A stretch of DNA of 64,000 nt from Chrysomallon squamiferum (lineage: Eukaryota > Animalia > Mollusca): NCBI GenBank assembly GCA_012295275.1, contig CM022676.1:9114001-9178000 (forward strand), read 5' to 3'. Numbering within the stretch: the stretch's first letter is position 1; each line of letters opens with the position of its first letter. Under the pieces are notes generated by a model. That model ran no database searches. It was not told where the DNA came from and saw only the letters and a list, made by a program, of their open reading frames with translations. The translations under genes were made by a program, and so were the position numbers. Below are positions 51,362 through 64,000 of this stretch, in pieces.

Positions 51362-51392
<31 letters not shown>

Positions 51393-52387
51393 TGACTATG
51401 CTACTGCTAACACTATTACTACCAATAATAATAATAATAATAATGATAATAATAATGATGATGATGATGATGATGATGATAGTAAATTAATGAATTAATT
51501 AATTAAACAATAACACAGACGAAATGATAAAAAGAAAATTTTTATTTTGCCAAAATATCATATACAAATACATAGTCTGTTATACCAAACCAAAACTTGT
51601 ACAGCTTTTTTTATAAACACAATATGTACAGAAAATATAAAACAAAAAATACAAAGACTATTCCAGAAAGGCAACATATTAAGTTATTATTCTAAAAAAT
51701 TTCTTTATTCTTTATTTAATTAATAATTATTGTTTATAAATTATAACATTCATACATTACATTAATTCTTAACTTGTTCAAAATACCTTAAAAATGTGTT
51801 TCTCTATTTACATACTTTAAAGAATTATACAAAATAGTCTCCCTTGCTAATTGTCTGCCCAATATGAGGCTTTAGAAATCGGAGAAAGGTTATATGGCTT
51901 AATTTTCACTTCGGTCAACTGAATGCGTATTAGTAATGTATGTTGTGTTTTCTAATATATTGAGGCATCCATGTATGTATGTAAGTGTATGTGTGTATAT
52001 GTGTGTGTATGTATGTATGTATGTATGTATGTATGTATGTATGTATGTATGTATGTATGTATGTATGTATGTATGTATGTATGTATGTATGTATGTATGT
52101 ATGTATCAAAACCCATTCGTAACGTTATTAGGTTTCTTTAGGAAACCGTTTTAGAAATATATATCCACCAAATGAACTGAAGCATTATGAACACATACAT
52201 ACACAGATATACACATACACAAGCACACACACGCACACGCACACGTACACATACCTGAATGGAGAATTAAGTACGTTATTAAAATTAAGAAGGAATTTCC
52301 TTGGTAGGTATGGCTTTATTTTCTTGTTAAGTACAACTGTATGTAATTAGACAGGTTTTCAAAAGTACAAACCTAAATAAGCAGTTT

Positions 52388-52465
<78 letters not shown>

Positions 52466-52894
52466 CCCTCTCGCTTTCCCTCCAATAACAACTTCTCTCT
52501 TATTAACAAGCGAACTAATTAACATATTTTCTATATCCACCATGATTTTCATTTCTGCTAATATCATACACCATTAACAATTTATTCGCTGTATTACACA
52601 CCTATATATGATGCCTTTCTAGCGTGCTAAGTGATTCATCGGGAATTCAGCTGGTTAGCAGGTTAGCAGGTTAGCCGAGTCGTCAATAGTCCCGTCCTCA
52701 GGTACTGAAACCTTCGCCGGACCAGGACCGTCAAACCTGGACTAAACTCAGTTCCTTCTGCGCCAGCCTCATAATACCGTTTTGAATCAAAGTTAAGACT
52801 GCTGTTGCGAAATGCAGAACCTAAATCAAAAACAAACTCTGACCAAATATCGAATTTGTATGACAGTCATTAAGTAAAGCAAATTAAAGTAAAG

Positions 52895-55800
52895 TTACTG
52901 GGTAATATAAACCACAACTGGAAGCAAAATGACCTGTATAAAGGTCATTTTAAATGAGGAACAGGAACCTGAACATGCCAACAAATCGACGGATTTTAGG
53001 GCCGCCAAATATTCCGGTCCTAGCCACTTCTCATAGTCTTGGTAATCTTCGTTAATTTTCGTTAGGCTCGTCGTCTCGTCGTCAAACATCGTGTCTCTGC
53101 CGTTGCCTGGCGACGAGAACATGTTATACACCGTGCTTTCTTTGCCGAACTGCGCTTGGGCTTTGTTTAAAATGGCGAAGTAGTGACGTCGATCGTTGCG
53201 GGGCTTATTTCCGGAGGTCACGACAGCGTGCGAAGGAACCCGAGCCAGGTTACACGATCTCCATTCGGAAACGGGTTTCCGCGAACCGTCCAGACAGAGC
53301 AGCTCGAAATCTGACGAGTGCAGACCACGTGACCAGTTCTCTTGGCCTTTGCCGTCTGTGAAAGAAAGAACGGTGGAATGTTTGACGAAGGTGACGTCAG
53401 CATTCTTTTCCACAAGACACCGGAAGGCGCCGCGGTAGCCGTAGAAAACGTTGTCGTCCGACCGCTGGCAGTTTTGCTTTCCTCCGCAAAGGTTGCAGAG
53501 ATTTTCGGGGTTGCTTCCCCTTGGGTTGTACTTTGGATCGAGGGCTCCGGGGACGCAACTCTCTTTGAAAAATTGACCAACAGCTTCCGCAAGACCGCAC
53601 GAGTATCTCGGAGCATGGATTGCGCCCCTTTCTATCAGGGTTCCTACTGGAATTACCCAGCCGCTCGTCTTACCTATACCTGTGTGACAGGACGTCTTAC
53701 CTGAAAAGTAAATAAATAAATAAGTAAGTAAGTAAGAAAGTAAGTAAGTAAGTAAGTAAGTAGGTAAGTAAGTAAGTGAGTAAGTAAATAAATAAATAAA
53801 ATAAATAAATAAGCAAATAAATAAATGATAAATAAATAAATAAATAATCTGATAATATTATCGGTTGTTATTTTAATTAAGATGAAGTCATGCAAGACCA
53901 AAATAGGTTTTAACTAATAACAACAACAACAACAATACATACATACATACATACATACATACAGTTCCATCCATCCATCCATCTATGCGTATACACATAC
54001 ATACAAACATTTCACAATGATACACTAAAAAACATTTTATATACAAATATATACAAATATATATATATATATATACACACACATATATGTGACCTTTTAC
54101 CTTTTAAGGTGTTAATGTTAATTCGAGTATTTGACTTTCTCACCACGGCTACGGCCCAATAGCTAGATGAATCGTCTATGACGTCACCATAATTTTCAGC
54201 TGCTATGGGGACAAGACTGTGATACCTGAAACAACAATAAACAGAGGAATGATTTGATCTATGATCTGAATGAAGGAAGATGTTGTGGTTATTGTAATAT
54301 AATTCCTGAGACGGTTTGAGTTTCATATAACAACTCATTTTCGGCCGATAATTTTATGTTTACTTTATTATAATCATCATCATCATCATCATTATCAGTA
54401 TTATTATTATTACCACTGTTACTAATTATTATTATTAGTAGTAGTAGAGGTACTACTACAACTATTACTATTGTTATTATTATTATTATTACTACTACTA
54501 CTACTATTTTTGTTACTATTATTACTATTATTATTATTATTATTACTTTCTATGAATCAGCGTTTTACTCATTAGTATTGGTGATGGTCTAGCATTGATG
54601 TCGTTGTTGTTGTTGCTGTTGTTGTTATAACACCAGTATTTGTAACAGCGGTTGTGGATGTGTTCATATCGGATCTGTTAATAACTTACTTTCCTCCTGT
54701 ATACAGATCAGCGCCATCTAGCGTCACCAGGTCAGCCTCGTTGTCTTCGATCATTTCCATGCAGTGTTTGTGTGATTTGGCGCTCACGCACTCGAGTTTG
54801 TGCGTGATTCTGCGAGACGCCAAAGCGGCACTGAATTCTTGGCATTTGGATAATTCCGCCTCGGAAATGACGCACCATCTATCTGTGACGTTGCATGACG
54901 TGTACTTTAACAACGTGATCATGTAGCCTTTGTCTGCAAAGAGACACAACGATTTTGATTGGTTAATGATGATGATTATGATGACGATGACGATGTTGAT
55001 ATTGACCAAGATGATGATGATGATATTAATAATTCTACTAATAAGGTAACGATGATATCGATGATGATGATAATTATGATTACGATAACCACGTAAAAAT
55101 GACGAAGACGATGATAACTGTGTAGATAATAATGTGAACATGACAATGTTTATTATAAATTAATGCTTCGTCATTAACACGAAATTTAATCATTATCATT
55201 AATTAATTTATTTTATTGTATTTTATTTTTTACAGTTTTAAAATTTCATTTATTATTTATTGTTAAAGATCGTATAATATAATTATGTCGTACAATATTT
55301 AATTTAAAAAAATCGCAAAAATTAACTTAATATCACAAACTATCCACTAATTAAACCAATCAGATTTCATTTCACATTTACCGTGGAACCATAATACGTC
55401 ACCTAAATATTTATCGTACTGTTGCTGTGATTCGCCAACCGCGTACAACTTCTTAACTCCGTCACTGAAGATTAAATCAGTGCCGCCATATTTCGAAGAA
55501 TCGAACATGTTAAAAGATATCGAAGATCCATTGAAGAGTATTGCCGCTTGTTCCAGCAGATGGCGCAGATCTTCCTCGTGACCGTGGGAATTCGCTGCTG
55601 ACGTAGCTATGACGTCAGTGGGTCTCGTTGCCCAGAAACATGTCGCCCATTCGTCCACAAGTTTCAGAGAGCCGTCGGGACACAGCAGACGATAGTCTCC
55701 CTTGTTGATTGTCTCCCCTATGTCAATGAGGCTCTGAATGGTAGAATGTTTGAGAAAGGCGATGTCGCCTAGGTCGCGTTTCAGACATTTGAAGGCCTCT

Positions 55801-57058
55801 TCGTAGCCGTTGTTGTGTTTTCCTGGCATGGGACACGAGTCGTCGGCGCAGAGAGAACAGACGTTGACAGGGTTGTCGCCTGAAATAATCATAATAACAA
55901 CAACAACAACAACAACAATAAAAATACTAATAAAGTGTAATATTATTAACAATAACAATGACGTTATTTATTTATTTATTTGTTGTTGTTAGTATTACTA
56001 GTACTATTATTACTGCTGCTATTGCAACTACGAGCATTACTGTAACTACAACTCCTACCACTTCTACTACTACCCCTACTACAACTCCTATTACCACTGC
56101 TACTATTACTACTACTACTACAGCTACTACTACTATTACTATTTCTACTACTACTGCAGCTACTACTATTACTATTTCTACTACTACTGCAGCTACTACT
56201 ACTATTTCTACTACTACTATTACTATTTCTACTACTACTACTACAACTACCACCACCACTACCATTATTACTACAACGATACAATAAAAGGATCAAGAGT
56301 AGCATAAATTATTTATTTTACTTTTTTTTTTTTACTTTTTTTTTTTTTTATAAATATCGCCTACCCTCGGGATTGAACTGACTACTATAGGCTCCTGGGG
56401 CACAGCTCTGCTTAAAGAAAGCTGCGACGTTCTTGACGGTGTTGTCGCAGTCTCTCACCACCATGAGACCCATGGCTTGCAGGTTGGCTACGGGGACAGT
56501 CCACCCGACCGTGCGACCCACCCCGGTGTGACACGATTTCTTGTGATGCAAGTCTGTTAGCGTCCGTATAGGGCCGTCTGCTTTTACCACCATCACAGCT
56601 TTGTACAGGAACGTTTCCGAGTTCAGATCTGCAAATAAATAATTTATTTACGTGTTTATTTGTTGTTGTTGTTTTCATTTTGTTTTTTTGTTTTATATAA
56701 AATTTATTTTATTTTATTTATTTATTAGTTTATTTAATTTTTTTTTATTTTATTTAATTTATTTATTTATTTTATTTATTTAGTTTATTTAATTTATTTA
56801 TTTAGTTTATTTATTTAATTTATTTTATTTATTTATTTAGTTTATTTAGTTTATTTAATTTATTTATTTTATTTATTTATTTTATTTATTTAGTTTATTA
56901 ATTTATTTATTTTATTTATTTATTTCATTTGTTTGTTTGTTTATTGTTACCATCATCATCATGTTATCATTATTATTGTTACTGTTATTTTCCTTCTTTT
57001 TCATCTTCCTGTTATTATTATTATCATTATCATTATCATGGTTATGATTATGATTATG

Positions 57059-57117
<59 letters not shown>

Positions 57118-57302
57118 CATTATTATTATTATTATTTTAATCCTATATTAATCAGATTAAAACATTCAGGTCATTTTATTTGATTCTTGAGAAGTATATT
57201 TCATTCACATACATAAACATACACATATACACACACAAACACACGTACAGACACACACATGCACAGTTACACGTCAATATAAAACATAATTATACAAATA
57301 TA

Positions 57303-57339
<37 letters not shown>

Positions 57340-60158
57340 CATATAGTGCCAACACTTATGCATGAATAAAAATGCTCGAGCGTGCTTGAACTCACACACG
57401 CACACGCACAATAATTATACTCACGCACATACACACGCACAGTTACGCACCTGTGGAGAAGGATTCTTTGAGAATCGGTTTCAAACCAAAAACTTTGCCT
57501 GCAGCAAAAATATCTGTATCATCCAACCTCATCAAGTCAGCTTTTCCATCGCGAATCATCCGCATGCACTCAAATTTGTTTTTGCCTGGAGCCTAATAAA
57601 TGAATGAATGAAAAAATAAGAAGGAATATAGAGTTAATGAATGAATAAATGAAAAAAAAAAGAAGAAAAAAATCAGTATATATTTGAATGAAATAATTAT
57701 TGACTGATTAATGATTAATAAGCTTTTTAATTCTTTTTTAATGTTTTTAATTTTTTTTTTTTTTTTTTTTTTATTTTATCGTATGAATGAATTTTAGGCG
57801 AATACACAAATAATACAACAGCAGAAATATCAACAAGAAAAAAAATGAAATAAAGAAAGAAATAACGAAATTAAAAAAAAAAAATTAACGAAACAGATAA
57901 ACAAACAAACAAACAAATACATAAGTAAAGATGAAAGAAAATTTAAAACAAATGAAGAAAGACTGTAAGTATAAAAATAAATAAAGAGAAAGCCAGAAGG
58001 AAGAAAAGATGGAATGAAAGAAACAATGAATTAATGAAAAAAAAAAATAATAAAGAATAAAAATAAAAAGCAAATTCTTTTTATTATATAACATATAGTA
58101 ATGTCTATGATCCATTGATATTTTTATGGAAGATCTGAATAAGCAGTTTAAATTGGGCACGCTTGGGAAAGTATTAAAATATTTTTGAAAATAATTCCTG
58201 TTTCGTTGAAAAATGCAAGTCATTTTTTTTTAAACAAACCTGAACACATTCTTCAAGTCCCGTCAGTCCCACTTGATCAAAAGCGTTCTTCATTGCGTCA
58301 CACTTTAACTTTTCAGCATCTGACGTCACACACCATCTCCCTGCGATTTAATAATAATAATAATAAATACATTCTTATTTCGTGAACATACTAATATGCA
58401 GTGCTTTAATAATATGAAACGCAGCCAAATCAAATACATTTGCGGAGTTGTTAAATACACGGAATTAGAGGTCACAGGTTCAGTACTAACCAGCGTGCCC
58501 TGTAGATAATTTGAGAATATCATACGAGTTTTCCCGAACATACAAAAGATCCACACTAAGGTAAATAATAAGTGTTTCTTCTTTCAATTAATAAATTTAA
58601 AATCTATAAAATGTTGAGATTTTGACGATATTTATACATTATTCATTAATTCCGTTTATTCGTTTTTATAATGACAGTCACGGAAATGACCGAGAAGAGT
58701 CGAAGACAGTTTAACTGCCAACAACGGTTTTTGAATATCGAGACTAAAGCCGCAGGACAAATGAATTTTTTTTATTTTTTATTTTTATTTTTTTTCCCCA
58801 CGATCGATAAACAAAATTAATGTCCTGAGTTTGAAAAGCAGTCAACAGGATACTGGGACAAAGTGTGAATTTACAAAATACACAAGTTATTGGTCTCCAA
58901 ATTAAATTCGACGACATTTCGTTATTTGCAAGGTCGCTGTTGTTTAGTCGACAGAAAGAGCAGACGTGATTTCGTTGTGGCGCGGTTTTGTTGATCGACA
59001 AATGGAACGTGACCATGTCTTTCCTGTCAATCAAAAACGATGTAGCTAGCGTCAGTTTTATTTAACGCTTCTTTAATATTTTCTGATATCATCTTTATGG
59101 TGATAATTTTCTTCTTCTTTTGTTCCTACTTTACATCTTCATTACTTTTTAATTTTTTAAAATTTCTGTTCCAACTTTCTTCTCATGTTTTTTTTCCTCA
59201 TATTTCTTCGTGTTACAAACATATTCACACTTTCTTCTGTCTTTCTGATTTCGATATAATTACACAGTACAGGCTAAAGCAAAAAAAAAAAAAAAAAAAA
59301 CTAAACAAACAAAAAAAATTACATATGATCACGTAATGTATGTTAGACATCTGTATTTTAATTTTTAATTTTTTATTATTTTTTTTTTTACTGTTTTGTT
59401 GAAAAATCGTGAGAATATCTCACTGAAATAAACAGAGCAGAGTTCTTCAAAAACAAGATCAATCATACCCGTACAGAGTTTATAACCATTTTTTAAAAAC
59501 AACAGTAAAAACAATAACAATATCGTAATAACAAATTATATACCTCAAAAAGAAACAATGAATTTCATTTATAAAGAGTTTTAAAATTGTGTTTATAGTC
59601 AAAATATGTAGCGGGGGGGGAGGGGATATAAATAAAATTTCCGTGACCTTTATTATTTTATGTAAATTCTTAAGATGTTTATTACATATTTTAATCCTAA
59701 TACAACAGATGGTATCACTCCGACTTAGTTCATTGCTACTACTACTACTACTACTACTACTACAGTTTCTACTAATGCTACTACTGTTACTACTACTGCT
59801 ACAACTATTACTACTCTTAGTACTACTATTATAATAACAACTAATACTGCTACTACTACTACTACTACTATTACTTCTGCTACTACTACTGCTACTTCTA
59901 TCACTATTACTACTATTACTACTGCAGCTACTACTATTATTTCTGCTACAACAACGACTACTAATACTACTACTAATTCTACTAATACTAATCCTAATAC
60001 TAGTAATTCTACTATATTACTACTATTGCTACTATTGTTATTGCTGGTAATACTATCATGGATATTAATAATAACAATACTAATTATAATAATGATATTG
60101 CTTCTAATAATAGTAAGCAGTAGTAATACTAGTAACGATGATAATGATGATGATGATG

Positions 60159-60223
<65 letters not shown>

Positions 60224-60337
60224 TATTATAAACAAACATAAATATAAACCAGTTTATTACATACCTGAAATATGCGCCAGACTAAGTTGAAAAGTTACTA
60301 AAGAGAGAAGAAAACTTAAAACCCAACAGAAACCCAT
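52895..60337 (-). CDS. MELTF: Melanotransferrin-like (bilobal transferrin with signal peptide and GPI-type C-terminus), 8 exons, ~743 aa
   Basis: Exons: 60265-60337 MGFCWVLSFLLSLVTFQLSLAHIS; 58240-58340 (GRWCVTSDAEKLKC..ECVQ); 57451-57592 (..ADLMRLDDTDIFAAG..); 56365-56628 (YKAVMVVK..KSCHTGVGRTVGW..SCAPG); 55403-55879 (..GYEEAFKCL..DIAFLKH..LLCPDG..LIFSD..YL); 54690-54933 (..RWCVIS..ADLVTLDGADLY); 54101-54225 (..YWAVAVVRK); 52895-53700 (KTSCHTGIGKTSGW..YGYRGAFRCL..LARVPSHAVVT..FIQVILLPVVVYITQ*). Phases compatible, total 2232 nt; two complete transferrin lobes. Confidence 0.93.
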
Positions 60338-60633
60338 ACTGGGCTACGTTTTTCAAAATTATGCTCCTGGTACTTTTAGGTGAAAGATGGTGCTGGGCGC
60401 GAAAAGTCGCGTGACTTTACGCGGGTGAAATATTCACGTTTTGTTTACGGAGTGAGAACGAGATTTGAGGTGTTCAAATACGTTAGAGCTGTTTGTCAAT
60501 TTGACTTAGTTTCTCTCTCCGTCTCTCCTCTCTGTTTTAATCCCTTTGATCAATTTGTCACTTTTCCTCTCTCTTGTTTTAATTCTGTCTTTTCGCTTTC
60601 GCTTAATTCGCCTTTTCTGTCTGTTACTTTGTT

Positions 60634-60704
<71 letters not shown>

Positions 60705-60989
60705 AATCCCCTGGCCTTTTTATTATTAATCGTTGTAGTAGTTCTGTTTAAGCAAAGAAAAATACGCAAAACAATAATAAATATATACAGTATTTTAAAG
60801 TAATTATTTTATCTTCTGCAACCATGACTTCACTGTCGTTATACACTGTCCTTTTCTACACATTAATTAACTCTTCAAGCACGCCTCTCCTGGACCACAA
60901 CCTCTAACTTCACGTGAGAGTTGAGCCTAACACAACAGACTTCAAAGATAACGATCTCTTGTTTATCAGCGCAAGACTCGGGTTTCAAA
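60338..60989. promoter_or_regulatory. Putative bidirectional promoter between melanotransferrin (-) and the TM collagen (+)
   Basis: Start codons are ~650 bp apart and divergent. CpG-rich patch 60390-60460 with E2F-like GGGCGCGAAAA (60395-60405) and FOX-like TGTTTAC; E-box CACGTG 60911-60916; YY1-like CAAAATGGCGGC over the collagen ATG. Motif matches only. Confidence 0.55.
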
Positions 60990-63830
<2,841 letters not shown>

Positions 63831-64000
63831 GTATTATTATTATTGTTGTTGTTGTTATTATTTGGCGTTATATATATATATATATATATATTGTTTGTGC
63901 AGATATAATGAGATAAAAAAGTAATAGTAGAAGTAGTAGTTGCAGCAGTAACAGCAGCTGCATGTGATAGTAGTAGTAGCAGTAGTAGTTTTGTCGTTAT

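Noticed and set aside
52651-52676. (GGTTAGCA)3 resembling a telomeric repeat
   Set aside because: Only three 8-bp units, not TTAGGG; trivial slippage repeat in a 3' UTR.
53196-53704. Overlapping ORFs suggesting a frameshift or antisense gene in the melanotransferrin last exon
   Set aside because: The true frame is open from 53698 to 52895 (the ORF track only began at the first GTG); the others are shadow frames of GC-rich coding DNA.
58326-58556. ORF adjacent to melanotransferrin exon 2 as its first exon
   Set aside because: Lacks a signal peptide and is out of frame with exon 2; a proper signal-peptide exon with matching phase exists at 60265-60337.
60820-60860. CAGTG motifs upstream of melanotransferrin as iron-responsive elements
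   Set aside because: No 5-bp upper stem or bulged C around either CAGTG, and probably outside the 5' UTR.

Overview
AT-rich, microsatellite-saturated eukaryotic (animal) DNA. Protein families and repeat style suggest a mollusc, possibly an octopod cephalopod, but this is inference only. Most of the supplied ORFs are microsatellite artefacts. Assembling exons by hand from splice signals and reading phase gives seven spliced genes. Six lie head-to-tail on the minus strand: three divergent tetraspanins (12763-18638, 19548-23746, 25220-29343), two lachesin-like 3-Ig GPI-type proteins (32353-40788, 43750-50255) and a bilobal GPI-type melanotransferrin (52895-60337). The seventh, on the plus strand and head-to-head with melanotransferrin, is a type II transmembrane furin-site collagen (60990 to beyond the window end). 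A 1.3-kb internally deleted pogo-like DNA transposon lies in intron 1 of one lachesin. No convincing gene was found in 1-12.7 kb, only motif-rich non-coding islands. Main points of interest: (i) all three families in the minus-strand block have Drosophila members that are septate-junction components (Tsf2/MTf, Lachesin, Tsp2A); (ii) one tetraspanin has an AT instead of GT donor inside a potential (AUA)n:(UAU)n RNA duplex; (iii) melanotransferrin iron ligands are complete in the C-lobe rather than the N-lobe; (iv) a VxPx tail and RFX X-boxes in the tetraspanins; (v) a frameshift in one lachesin and a GC-AG intron in the other. All gene models are manual and unverified by transcripts.
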